A stretch of 64,000 nucleotides of DNA. Origin: Macrostomum lignano (taxonomy: Eukaryota). The notes beneath the pieces are model-generated. The model made no database searches. It was not told where the DNA came from and worked only from the letters and a program-made list of their open reading frames with translations. This document shows positions 12,947 through 25,396 of this stretch, one piece after another; the first letter of the stretch is position 1, and each line of letters opens with the position of its first letter. The DNA is taken from assembly GCA_002269645.1 (NCBI GenBank), contig NIVC01001989.1, forward strand, positions 1 through 64,000, read 5' to 3'. The position numbers and the translations under genes were made by a program.

Positions 12947-14132
12947 CTGTTGCAATGTTTGTTGCGTATTTTGGGGTTGGTAAATGCATACTACTAACAA
13001 AGTAGGAACTTTTATTTGTTATACATTAATAAAACAATAAATAAGCCGCCGGAAGTGTGTATGATACGCTGATAAGTCAAGACTTCAAACGAAGTACGAA
13101 AATGCACGGCTACAGATTCTATATTAGACTTAGCTGTCGCTCCAGCATTCGCTAATGTATTTAGCGGCCCTCTCCGAGGTCACGGAAACCCCAGGGTTTG
13201 GGCCACAGACACCAGCTGCTGCTGGTAATGCTTGACCGCAAAAGAAGCTACAGTCTATGGCTTGAACCCCGGGGTTTTCGCACTGCGGCCTTGAGTGGCC
13301 CATCTAGGGGTGAATTGAATCTGTGTGCACGGCAGCCATGGATGAAGGAATAGAAAGGATCGCTCATCTGAAAGCGAGTCTATGGCCAAGACTTCCTAAA
13401 AATAGGGATATCCCTTCCATGAATTTCATTGGCTGCTTGAATTTAATAATAGCCCCCCCCTAATTTCTTAATGGCTGAAGCTTGTACGCGGGGGAAATTC
13501 ACGATTAACGCGCATGCTAGGCTGTAGTATTAACATAGATAACCTTTTCTCTTGTTTCATGTTTCCTCCATGACGGCAGCTTGTCCGCTGGTAATGTCTA
13601 TGGAAAATCCTCACTTGGCGCTATGTTAACTAAAAACAACACTAATGGATAGGTTGTTTATCTCTTTTAAAGTTTCTTGCCAAACTGTCACTGCATCACG
13701 GACTTCAAAGCATGTACACTCTCTGTGCCTTGAGGTTGGCCCTAATGGTCGTGAATCACACGACAATGCCAGCTTGTCCCCAAATTAATGTAGCATTTTT
13801 CGAAGCCAATTGAGCCTTAGTAGCAGTCAATTCAACCCTCACTGGGAGAATCCAGCTATTAAAGACTTGTTTTTCATTGTCCATGGTCCAAAAGATGGTT
13901 CAATGGAGCAACCACAGATTTCATCAGAAAAACCCGGATATGGCAGACGAGGAATTTAGTGAGGAGAGCTTTATCTTTAGTTTTATCAATAGCTTGATTC
14001 TCCATCGAAAGGATTGAATTGCTTGCTCCCAGCTTCAGTTAGTGCTATATCACCCAGGTACTGGTACATAAGCGCCAGGGAGCACTCATCAACCAACACT
14101 CACGCACACGCACAAGCCCAGCCAGAGCTTAC

Positions 14133-14253
14133 CTGTGCAGCAAGCGCTGACGCGTCAGGCCGACAGTCCAGCAGTAGCATTGGATGGCCCTCGCCGTCGG
14201 CGGCGATCCAATCTGGTAGGCGAGTATCGGCAGTCAGGCCTAACAGGTTGCAC
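14133..14253 (-). CDS. FLCN: Folliculin exon 3
   Basis: R|CNLLGL continues YEEPYR (FLCN YRCNFLGL). Acceptor aaaccAG, donor CAG|GTAAGC. Confidence 0.85.
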
Positions 14254-14372
14254 CTGGTTTGATGATGCAGCATGATAGAAACTGACCGTTAAATAACCCA
14301 TTGCAGCCAGACACTTTCAATAAGGTCCATTCGTATAATAAAATGCTAACTAGGACGGACTATTAGGAAGTC

Positions 14373-14744
14373 CGTAGAGTCGTATCTGAGGCGTGCCAGA
14401 GCCGCTGCAGAATCACTGAGTTGCGTCTAAAGCGCATCTGGTCACTTAATGAATTAGAATCGCATTTCGCATTTATAACACAACTCTATTTAGTCTACTT
14501 ATGTTAGTAGAAAGTTAAGCGCAAACACAACGGCTCTTGAACGACTTCTTTCGCGACTCTTTAATTACGACTCTGCAACTCACGCGATGCGCTCGTGACT
14601 CAACAGTCGCCTCTCCGTCGCATTGCAGTTGTTTGAGTCGTTAAAAAGCCACAAGAGTCGCCCCAAGAGACGCTAGAGTCACTGAGTGAGTTGTTTGCAA
14701 TCACTCTTTAGCGATTCTTGTCTCGGTGACGTTTTCAGCGGGAT
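14373..14744. repeat. About 370-bp interspersed repeat, copy 2 (FLCN intron 2), inverted
   Basis: Reverse complement of 1855-2227 with a few substitutions. Confidence 0.9.
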
Positions 14745-14866
14745 TGAACATTCAGCCACAAAGACACAGAGAGTACACATGCCTGACGATTAGACAGTCA
14801 GGCCTGATAATGTCACAGCGATCAAAGACCTCCTACACAATCTAAACTGACAAGAATCCCACTCAC

Positions 14867-15228
14867 CTATAGGGTTCCTCATATCGTTGCCAGTTGAGCA
14901 GCTCCTGAGAACAGTTGCTAGGCAGTAGGCAACGCAGCAAAGTGAAAAATGATTTAGCCAGTTCAGGCAGCGAAGTTCGAAACACGATCTGATTGCCTGT
15001 GAGCAGGTGATGCAGCAGCAGGCTAAAATTATCAATCGACTGACAAGCTGGCGGCGCCTGGTGCAAACGCTCGCGCAGGTGGCGCAGAGAGTGAAATACT
15101 GCGCTCAGAACCGGGAGCTGGACGCCTTCCCCACCTAGACCGCTGCTGCCGCCACCGTCGCCGCCTCCGACAAGTTTTGTGGGTGTGGGAACCACAGTGC
15201 GAATGCCGTCATCTGCGGAGTCTTCGTC
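14867..15228 (-). CDS. FLCN: Folliculin exon 2
   Basis: FHSLRHL..HLLTGNQIVFR..LRCLLPSNC..YEEPYR matches FLCN FKSLRHM..HVLMGNQVIW..YEEAYR. GT-AG phases fit. Confidence 0.9.
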
Positions 15229-15364
15229 CTGACATTTTGAGACGGTTGTTTTTATTAACTTCGATTAATTCTTCTTAGTGTGTGAAAACCAGCTTTAGAT
15301 GCTTTATAAAAAACGATTTTAAAGAGTCATTTTTTGGGGCGGCTTAAGAACAATCCTTAGGGGA

Positions 15365-15720
15365 GAGTCGAGGATGGTATTAGAGACTCGAAGATGGTGT
15401 TAGAGACTCAAGGAAGGTGTTAGAGACTCGAAGATGGTGTTAGAGACTCAAGGATTGTGTTAGAGACTCCTCGAAAATAGTGTTAGAGACTCAAGGATTG
15501 TGTTAGAGACTCGAAGATGGTGTTAGAGACTCAAGGATTGTGTTAGAGACTCGAAAATAGTGTTAGAGATTCAAGGATTGTGTTAGAGACTCGAAGATGG
15601 TGTTAGAGACTCAAGGATTGTGTTAGAGACTCGAAGATGGTGTTAGAGACTCAAGGATTGTGTTAGAGACTCAGGGATGGTGTTAAAGAGACTCAGGAGA
15701 CTCAAGGATGTGAGAGAGAC
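15365..15720. repeat. 20-bp alternating minisatellite, FLCN intron 1
   Basis: GTGTTAGAGACTCAAGGATT / GTGTTAGAGACTCGAAGATG. Confidence 0.95.
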
Positions 15721-15899
15721 TCAAGAATGGTTTTAAAGTCAGAGACGATTATTAAAAAGCCTTAGATCAGAGAATATTCCTGTATTGAGATTCAATAACA
15801 AATTTGTTTTTTAGGGAGACTCAACGTCGATTCTTTTTGACAGCTCAGAGGCGATTCTTTAGGACAGGTGGCCTCACGAGCACTCTCACACACTCTCAC

Positions 15900-16715
15900 C
15901 TCCTCAGCCAGGCACAGCACCGAGTTTAAAGCCAGCTGATCCTCGGTGGGCCTGCCAGGCGCCAGCTCTTCCCGTTGCCAGCCGCGCAGCAGTCGGGCAA
16001 AGCAGGCGTGCAACCGCCTGTAGACGCTTGGATCGCTAGTCAGCTGGGCCAGCGACCTGGCCGGCACGTCAGACCGGCGCATTCGAACCCAGCCGGACCC
16101 GTTGATTCGCGCAGCCCTAGCCGAACAGCCGGCCGATTGCTCAGCTGAGAACTGGGCTGCGGCGGCGTCGCGCAGGCCGGCGATGATCTCGGCCGAGCGG
16201 TTGACCAGCCAAGGCCAGGATTGCAGCAGCATTCGACCGTCGCGCGACAGCGCCAGCACAGAGAACTGGCTAGACAGGCCGCGAGCTTTCACGTCGTCTA
16301 GCTGGAACGGACTGGCGAACACGTGGCAGCCGCCGCCGCCGCCGCCGGCATCGTCGCCAAAGTACATAGCTCCGGTTGGACAGACTTCGCACGAGTGCAC
16401 ACGAAGGCAGGCCTGACGCAGCTGGCTATATAACTGATTGGGAGCGGCTGGGTGCTGGCTGGACACAAGTAGCAAGTCGCCCTGCCAGTCGGCTGTGTAC
16501 ATTGCCAAGGTGTTGGGCGGCATCGAGCGGCAAGCCGGGCATTTCGTTGAAGTCAGACTGGCCGGACCGCCTGGCAGCGCCGAACTGATTGTTGTGCCGT
16601 CCAAGCAGCTGCCGCCTTTGGCTACCGGCAAGCCGGACAGCCTCACCGCCTGGGTGCACATCACCACCGAGGGCCCGTGGTCCTCGCAGAAGTGGGTCAG
16701 CGCCACTAGGCAGTT
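15900..16715 (-). CDS. FLCN: Folliculin exon 1 (no genomic ATG; begins at splice acceptor)
   Basis: NCLVALTHFCEDHGP matches FLCN (M)NAIVALCHFCELHGP. Also RQACLRVHSCEVCP and FQLDDVKARG. Acceptor ccctaaccctctcAG|AAC, donor GAG|GTGAGA. Confidence 0.92.
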
Positions 16716-16735
16716 CTGAGAGGGTTAGGGGTGCG
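16716..16735 (-). promoter_or_regulatory. Branch point, pyrimidine tract and acceptor immediately 5' of FLCN codon 2 (candidate SL trans-splice site)
   Basis: Minus strand reads CCGCACCCCTAACCCTCTCAG|AAC TGC CTA GTG. Confidence 0.7.
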
Positions 16736-16779
16736 GGGGACGCATCGAGGGATGGATTGCAGCTGGGGATAAAGTATCC

Positions 16780-17955
16780 CCAGGCACTAAAATATCCCCA
16801 CAGACTCAATGGGGAAGTGGAGACACTAGAATATCCCTCACGGACTCAATCGGGAACTCGAGGCACTAGAATATCCCCACAGACTCAAGCGGGAACTGGA
16901 GGCACTAGAATATCCCCACAGACTCAAGCGGGAACTCGAGGCACTAGAATATCCCCACAGACTCAATCGGGAACTGGAGGCACTAGAATATCTCCCACAG
17001 ACTCAATCGGGAACTGGAGGCACTAGAATATCCCCCACAGACTCAATCGGGAACTGGAGGCACTAAAATATCCCCACAGACTCAAGCGGGAACTGGAGGC
17101 ACTAAAATATCCCCACAGACTCAAGCGGGAACTCGAGGCACTAGAATATCCCCCACAAACTCAAGCGGGAACTGGAGGCACTAGAATATCCCCCACAGAC
17201 TCAAGCGGGAACTGGAGGCACTAGAATATCCCCACAGACTCAATCGGGAACTGGAGGCACTAGAATATCCCCACAGACTCAAGCGGGAACTCGAGGCACT
17301 AGAATATCTCCCACAGACGCAAGCGGGAACTCGAGGCACTAGAATATCCCCCACAGACTCAAGCGGGAACTCGAGGCACTAGAATATCCCAACGGACTCA
17401 ATCGGGAACTAGAGGCACTAGAATATTCTCACAGATCCAATGGGAAACTGGAGGCACTAGAATATCCCCCACAGACTCAAGCGGGAACTGGAGGCACTAG
17501 AATATCCCAACGGACTCAATCGGGAACTGGAGGCACTAGAATATCCCCACAGACTCAAGCGGGAACTGGAGGCACTAGAATATCCCAACGGACTCAATCG
17601 GGAACTAGAGGCACTAGAATATTCTCACAGATCCAATGGGAAACTGGAGGCACTAGAATATCCCCCACAGACGCAAGCGGGAACTGGAGGCACTAGAATA
17701 TCCCCACAGACTCAAGCGGGAACTGGAGGCACTAGAATATCCCCCACAGACTCAAGCGGGAACTGGAGGCACTAGAATATCCCCCACAGACTCAAGCGGG
17801 AACTGGAGGCACTAGAATATCCCCACAGACTCAAGCGGGAACTGGAGGCACTAGAATATCCCAACGGACTCAATCGGGAACTAGAGGCACTAGAATATTC
17901 TCACAGATCCAATGGGAAACTGGAGGCACTAGAATATCCCCACAGACTCAATGGG
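16780..17955. repeat. 39-40-bp minisatellite upstream of the FLCN acceptor
   Basis: GGCACTAGAATATCCCCACAGACTCAAGCGGGAACTGGA. Confidence 0.97.
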
Positions 17956-19299
17956 GAACTGGGGAAATTCATTTACCTCTAAGTACTAAATAGATGAAAA
18001 TATGCACAAATAAATAATGAAAAGTCTGACATTTTCAGCGCTATTTTTAGTGCCAGGGAAAAATGTATCATGATGTTAGGGTAAGCCTTTTACAATGTGC
18101 TTTAAAGTGTATTAATATATATATATATATGTATATATATTTCAATTATAATGAACAAAATTAGCAAACAAGCGAGCAAAAAGGTGCATATAGCTCATAT
18201 ATAATATTTATTGTAAGCCAACAACCCCTGATGGACACGGCAATTAATAATAATAAAAATGTCTGTCACAAATCACTCGTGACCACTGATAGTGCTCATT
18301 AGCGCAAATATTCTCTAAAAAAATAACAGTATAAGTGTGTGCAATCCTAGGATTAACATACTAAAATGATTACAACACAGACCGATGCGACTACCATACT
18401 GGGCCTAGTCTAACTCAATACGCCAAGCAAATTACAGCATGCATAAATAATTCCGACTATACAGCTTGGTTTTAAAACAGACTCTGACGGCAAGCTTTCA
18501 CAATTTGACAGTGAATGAAGAAGCTCAAAAAGAGACAAAGAAAAGAAAACATACAATTTCATGTCTACAACCTGGGGAAAACATTACTTTTTTAAATTCA
18601 CACGCCAATAACTGCTGGATTTAAACCAATGAAATTCGTTATATTCGTTAGAAACTCGATAATTTCTCAAAAAATAATAACTTCATCCTCGCCGCTCTAC
18701 TTAATACAAGAAGAATCTTAGGAAGCGGAGCTGGAGGAGAATAAAAACTGATTCTGAAATGAAGACAAAAGAGGTTGTAGCAAATATAGCAAGACAATGT
18801 AAATACTAATGGTAGTACCGCCTAAGCCTGTGTGCAACAGGATAGTTGGATAAACTCCAGAGCAAAATTGTCTTGCATTAAAAATAATTATAAAATAGCA
18901 AAATATGACAATTAGCAGCAATAATAATAACAATAATAAATAATATAACAATAATACTCGCACAGGACAACTGATTGTAGGGTTAAGATTGCAACAAAAA
19001 CCACAACAAACTGTATTGCTTGGCAAACCATAACCAGAAAAATGAATACCTGCTGGATGCTTTCACCAGGGAAAGGGGAATAAGCACAAAAAACATAATT
19101 CTTTCTTTCATAATAAAAACGAACGCGGAAGACCCCCTGCTGCGTTAGATAAATAATAACAAATATTAGTGTGGACAATGCAAAACAATAATTTAGTTTC
19201 GCTTCGATATGAAATTTGCGCGTCATGAACTGGGGGTGGGAGGAGGTGGTGCGATTCCACTACTAAATCGAAGCCAATTCTTAACAATAATTGAGCCTC

Positions 19300-19650
19300 A
19301 CATTAGGCGCTAATGGCACCCATATAAGGCGCTAATAGTATCCATATTAGGCTCTAATGACACCCATATTAGACGCTAATGACACCCATATTAGGCGCTA
19401 ATGACACCCATACTAGACGCCAATGGCACCCATATTAGACGCTAATGACACCCATATTAGGCGCTAATGGAATCCATATTAGACGCTAATGACACCCATA
19501 TTAGGCGCTGATGGAATCCATATTAGACGCTAATGACATCCATATTAGGCGCTAATGGTATCAATATTAGACGCTAATGGTATCCATATTAGGCTCTAAT
19601 GACACCCATATTAAACGCTAATTGCACCCATAATAGACGCTAATAACACC
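19300..19650. repeat. 22-bp minisatellite
   Basis: CACCCATATTAGGCGCTAATGA. Confidence 0.93.
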
Positions 19651-20659
19651 CGTTTAACGCTAATAAGGCCGCTTTGGGTGCTAATAACAACCATACTTGG
19701 CGCCACTGACACACCAATTGTGGTGCGCTACTGACACACCCATTGTGGCGCCCCTACAAGCAATTATATAATCGTAACTATTTGCACAAGTCTTACACGT
19801 CAAAAACTGGCTTCAATGAAAAAGCATGGAAAAGCAAACATGAAATGTTTAGCAATACATAAGCAGCAAACCATGATAGAAATAACACAATAAAATTAGC
19901 TGAATACTCATAAGCCATCAATCTATAGTGTGCATGGTTGCTTATTATCAAATCTGCATATACGGAGAAGCGTCTGTATAAACTGTCAAGCGTAAATGAG
20001 AAGAAAACAACAATGCAGATAAATGAATAGATGTGTATATATCTGTAAATAAATACAAGAATATAAAACAGACAGAGACAGAGCGACCAGATGGGCAAGT
20101 ATTTTTAATTATTTCAGCGAAAAATGACTGTATTTAATGGTATATATTATATAGACATGATAATTGTATGCTTAAATTAATAAACAGATTGCACCGCAGC
20201 TATGAAGCGTGCGAAATGGAGCAATACCAATAAGACTTACGAAACTATTATATTTAATTAATAAGATTATAAACCGATTGCCAAGCAAAGCCTAGAATAA
20301 ACTAGAATACAATGGGCCACAAAATGCATAATTATTAGAGACACGGCGAGAGAGAGAGAGAGAGATTAATATGATGCATTGCATAGATAGTTGCTATGCA
20401 TTAGATTACTCATAGTAACAACTGAAGACTATAGCTTGTATTAAACACACTGTTTTTAGTAATGATTTATTTACATGACTGACTGAGCTCTGAATACAAT
20501 AGTTTCATTGGTATGCACAATGATGACTTGAACTGAGCTAACTTATTACTTATTAGAAACAGCTGAGTTCCTTCTCGCATAGCAACAGAATTACTGCTTA
20601 CGATTTCTACATGGCGATGAGCCCATTTCTACATTGTACGAGCAATGGCCTGGTTTCTA

Positions 20660-21222
20660 CACGGTAATATGCCGGTTTCTACACGGTAATATACCGGTTT
20701 CTACACGGTAATATGCCGGTTTCTACACGGTAATATGCCGGTTTCTACACGGTAATATACCGGTTTCTACACGGTAATATGCCGGTTTCTACACGGTAAT
20801 ATGCCGGTTTCTGCACGGTAATATGCCGGTTTCTACACTGTACACTGTATTTCTACACTGTATTGGGCCGGTTTCTACATTGTGATAGGCCCGGTTTCTA
20901 CACGGTAATATGCCGGTTTCTACACTGTAATATGCCGGTTTCTGCACTGTATTGGGCCGGTTTCTACATTGTGATAGGCCCGGTTTCTACACGGTAATAT
21001 GCCGGTTTCTGCACTGTATTGGGCCGGTTTCTACATTGTGATAGGCCCGGTTTCTACACGGTAATATGCCGGTTTCTACACTGTAATATGCCGGTTTCTG
21101 CACTGTATTGGGCCGGTTTCTACATTGTGATAGGCCCGGTTTCTACACGGTAATATGCCGGTTTCTGCACTGTATTGGGCCGGTTTCTACATTGTGATAG
21201 GCCCGGTTTCTACACGGTAATA
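20660..21222. repeat. 22-bp minisatellite
   Basis: CCGGTTTCTACACGGTAATATG with a 3-unit higher-order pattern. Confidence 0.95.
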
Positions 21223-21802
21223 ATTTTGCGGATTTTTGGAAAAATAATGGGCTAGAGAGCAATTTGGGAGGGTGGACAAAAAAGTATTTACTGAGAGAGA
21301 ATATCATGTGCAACTACATCAATATTGAACCGAATAAGTCCTGCTGACAGAATAGCTAGCTGAACTGGATAAAAATTGCAATCACACAGAGATTGAATAC
21401 CAGGGCAACTTAATGCGTAATTTAACAATGATAGAAGCGTCAAGAAATTCATAAACTGTTCTCAGTATGCAGCGCTGGGCGCGCACAAAATGGCATATAT
21501 GTAGTACAGATAGAAACAATTGCTTGTAGACGCAAATGAGATGCCTGTCGCGCACATATTACACAGATATACACAATATATTGCTGCAATGTTGTGCGCA
21601 AAAAGAGAAATAACTACTGCCAGAATATATGCTCGCAGCCCCAACAAAAATCCAACGTGGTTTACGCATATACTAACAAGAGAGAAAGGATTCGCTTCTA
21701 AATTAAGACTGCGGGGATTCCCGTGGGCTATTTATAGAAATATACCAGCGTTCGTTCATATTCCATCGTGACAAAGTTAGCGCGTAAGGTTGACGGTCTT
21801 GA

Positions 21803-22244
21803 TCACCGATTGCCAGCCAGTTTAATAATAAAATGAGAGAGCGAGCCGCCAACAGTGGATGCTGGAGCTGCTGGCGCTCCAACAACAGCCGGCATTGAAG
21901 CCGCGGCTAGAAACGGCTGCAACAGCAACTGAGGCTGCGGCTGCAGCAGAGGCTGCTGCTGATGAAGCTTCGGCAGCGAGATCATCGGCTGAAATTGCGA
22001 CGCAGTATTGGCGACAGTCGACTTAGTCGATTGAAGTACCCGGACGCGAGCACCGCCAATTGTACGCGTCTTGGATTCCTGCTGGCCAGCAGCTGCAACT
22101 GGCTGCTGCTGCTGCTCGGCTGAGCCGGGCTCCGAGTTGGTGGGGCTGACCGGGCCGCAGGGTACACGCAGGGCCGACGGATTCAGCGCCAGACGGACCA
22201 GGGCCGAGGAGGACGCCTCCGATTCGTCTCCATCTGCCGAGCTG
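21803..22244 (-). CDS. FOXN2/3: FoxN2/3 last exon
   Basis: Phase-2 NAGNAG acceptor (cccAG/cAG). ESEASSSALVRLA resembles the FoxN EAAGSLLHLA motif. Open to TGA at 21803. Confidence 0.72.
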
Positions 22245-22294
22245 CTGGGATTTTATAACGGTTGGCTATTAATTGTGTGCCAATATGTTAGTCA

Positions 22295-23510
22295 AGGCGG
22301 ACAAATAAACCTGCCAATATGTTGGTGAAGGCGGACAAATAAACCTGCCAATATGTTAGTCAAGGCGGACAAATAAACCTGCCAATATGTTGGTGAAGGC
22401 GGACAAATAAACCTGCCAATATGTTAGTCAAGGCGGACAAATAAACCTAACAATATGTTGGTGAAGGCGGACAAATAAACCTGCCAATATGTTAGTCAAG
22501 GCGGACAAATAAACCTGCCAATATGTTGAAGGCGGACAAATAAACCTGCCAATATGTTAGTCAAGGCGGACAAATAAACCTGCCAATATGTTGGTGAAGG
22601 CGGACAAATAAATCTGCCAATATGTTAGTCAAGGCGGACAAATAAACCTGCCAATATGTTGGTGAAGGCGGACAAATAAACCTGCCAATCTATTAGTGAA
22701 GGCGGACAAATAAACCTGCCAATATGTTGGTGAAGGCGGACAAATAAACCTGCCAATGTGGGGTGAAGGTGACCAAATAAACCTGCCAATGTGGGGTGAA
22801 GGCGGACAAATAAACCTGCCAATATGTTGGTGAAGGCGGACAAATAAACCTGCCAATATGTTAGTCAAGGCGGACAAATAAACCTGCCAATATGTTAGTC
22901 AAGGCGGACAAATAAACCTGCCAATATGTTGGTGAAGGCGGACAAATAAACCTGCCAATATGTTAGTCAAGGCGGACAAATAAACCTGCCAATATGTTGG
23001 TGAAGGCGGACAAATAAACCTGCCAATCTATTAGTGAAGGCGGACAAATAAACCTGCCAATCTATTAGTGAAGGCGGACAAATAAACCTGCCAATATGTT
23101 GGTGAAGGCGGACAAATAAACCTGCCAATATGTTGGTGAAGGCGGACAAATAAACCTGCCAATCTATTAGTGAAGGCGGACAAATAAACCTGCCAATATG
23201 TTGGTGAAGGCGGACAAATAAACCTGCCAATATGTTGGTGAAGGCGGACAAATAAACCTGCCAATATGTTGGTGAAGGCGGACAAATAAACCTGCCAATA
23301 TGTTGGTGAAGGCGGACAAATAAACCTGCCAATATGTTGGTGAAGGCGGACAAATAAACCTGCCAATCTATTAGTGAAGGCGGACAAATAAACCTGCCAA
23401 TATGTTGGTGAAGGCGGACAAATAAACCTGCCAATGTGGGGTGAAGGTGACCAAATAAACCTGCCAATGTGGGGTGAAGGCGGACAAATAAACCTGCCAA
23501 TGTGGGTGAA
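22295..23510. repeat. 34-bp minisatellite, FoxN2/3 intron 3
   Basis: GAAGGCGGACAAATAAACCTGCCAATATGTTGGT. Confidence 0.97.
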
Positions 23511-23564
23511 GGTGGCCGGCCAAGCAAGCGGATCCGAGAGCCCCCAGCCCACCCGACTACTCAC

Positions 23565-24130
23565 GCGGCCGCTGACTCTTGCAAGTCGGCCGCCGCACCC
23601 GAGGCCGCAATCAGCTTGGGCATTTTTGCCTCAGTCGGGCGGCACTGTTCGGCGTCGGCAGCGGAATCGGCGGCAGCGGTGGCGGCGGTTGTGGCAGCGG
23701 CCTCGTCGGCGGCCCGTTTGAACACTAGGCACAGAGCCTGAGCATCCTGCAGCCGAGACGGAGACACTGGCAGCGATGTTGGCGCCGGTGCCGGCTCCAG
23801 TTTTGGCGGCTTCGGCTTACCAGCAGAAGCGGCCGCGACGGCAGCGGTGGCGGCAGCCTCTCGTTTCATCTGAGTCATCTGGGCGGCGGCAACCAGTTCG
23901 TTGACTGACGGCATTCCCGAGGATTTGCCGCCACCAAGTCGACGATTTTTCTTCCTGCGATTGGCCGACTTGGCCAGCGGCAGCGGCCGGTACACCGGGG
24001 CGCTGTCTTTGCGAGGCCGACCGCGCGGCCGCTTGACTGGCTGCTCAACTTCAACGTAGCCGTCTTCCTCTTCGTCGTCGTCGTCGTCGGTGTTGGCGTC
24101 GGCGTGCTGCAGACAGTCGGGGTCGGACGC
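23565..24130 (-). CDS. FOXN2/3: FoxN2/3 exon 3 (acidic tract, AT-hook, NLS-like basic stretch)
   Basis: Open frame bounded by cccgcAG and GC|GTGAGT. Contains KRPRGRPRK and RRKKNRR. Confidence 0.8.
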
Positions 24131-24206
24131 CTGCGGGGCGTTCATTGGAATGGATGCGATGAATGGATTATGAACGAACTGGGGAGGCCTGGGGCACTGC
24201 AGCTAA

Positions 24207-24516
24207 AGGGCCTGTCAACTGAAGCTTATAAAGTGGAGTCCGAGGAACCTATGAACACAAATGATACGTCATTCTGCTCAGTGACACCAAGAAGCTTGTT
24301 TTGGCCAAAAGGGACAAAAAATATAATTAGGATAGGGAAGAACAAGCAATGGGATGATTAGTGACTATTATATCGACTTAAGCTCATAAAGTAGAGTCCC
24401 TAATTATGCTCTTGTTATCCCCCCTGCTTCTTGGCGTCACTGTGAGCAGAATGACGTATCATTTGTGTACATAGGTTACTCGGGCTCCACTTTATGAGCC
24501 CAAGTTGACAGGCCCT
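24207..24516. mobile_element. MITE, about 310 bp, about 95-bp TIRs, (C/T)TAA flanks, Kolobok-like
   Basis: AGGGCCTGTCAACT..CAAGAAGC is inverted as GCTTCTTGG..AGTTGACAGGCCCT. Flanked by CTAA and TTAA. Lies in FoxN2/3 intron 2. Confidence 0.75.
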
Positions 24517-24673
24517 TTAAGACGACAGTCGGACCCGCAGTTATGCCCAATCAGCTGATCCCTGAGCAGGTACGGATAGCCGTGTACAGGCCTGACAGTT
24601 GAAAAGCCAGACCCGCTGGCCGCCGAAATAGCCTCATAAGTCCTTATATAAAACAAGCATCGCTGACTCTCAC

Positions 24674-25396
24674 CTGATCGCCTAACAAGTGCACCAGGCG
24701 TCGCATCTTAGCCGCCAGAAACGGATAGAGATGCGCAGACGGCACCAGGTCCTGCTTGCGCGGAGTTCGACCCGCCTGCTGACGCTCGACGCCACCGTTG
24801 CAGGCGTCCTCGTCAGAGGCCTCCTTGGCGACGCCAGCCGTGCCACCAGCAGCCGAGCTGGCGGGGTCGGACAGCTCCAACTTCACGCGAGGAGTCTGTA
24901 CACCGCGGAAGCTGTTAACATGCGGATGATACTGATGCAGCGTCGGAGTTGGAGTTGCCGCTGCTGATGTTGTAGCCGATGGAGCATCGTCGGGTGCAGC
25001 AGCGGCGGCGGCACTGGCTTCCTGGTGACCGGAACCGGAAGCTCCAGCGTCAGCAGCGGCTGGCGACGAAGCATCGGCGCCAGATGGCGTAGCGCCGGGA
25101 TTGGCAGCTGCCGCGGCGGCGGCTAGCAGTGCGGTTCCCAGCAGGCCGCTGTAGCGCAGGCGGCCCAGCGTAGTGGCCGGGACAGCCGAGGTGGCGGACG
25201 CGACAGAGCCAGCAGCCTGTTGAAGCTGCTGCTGCTGACGCTCGCGGCCACCGCTGGCGCCAGTTTTATAAAGAGTCCCAGCTGTGCAGTACATCTGCAC
25301 CTGAGCAAACGGATGATAAGGCGTCTTCTTTAACGCCTGAAGCATGCCGGCCCTGGCCATGGGATCCACTGTCCACAGGGAGCCTTTGATTGACAC
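24674..25396 (-). CDS. FOXN2/3: FoxN2/3 exon 2 (end of forkhead domain, low-complexity region)
   Basis: KGSLWTVDP..LQALKKTPYHP matches FOXN3 KGSLWCIDP..IQALKKTPYHP. Phase 0/0 GT-AG. Confidence 0.9.

Noticed and set aside
16102-17026. Plus-strand ORFs overlapping FLCN exon 1, and similar GC-rich shadow ORFs over XYLT, FoxN and GT32 exons
   Set aside because: GC-rich antisense or alternate frames without homology.
18718-21647. Hydrophobic minus-strand ORFs (18718-19226, 19793-20098, 21462-21647) resembling a membrane protein
   Set aside because: T-rich sequence downstream of the FoxN2/3 stop, probably 3'UTR or intergenic, yields F/I/L/Y-rich text by composition. No consistent splice chain or recognisable family.
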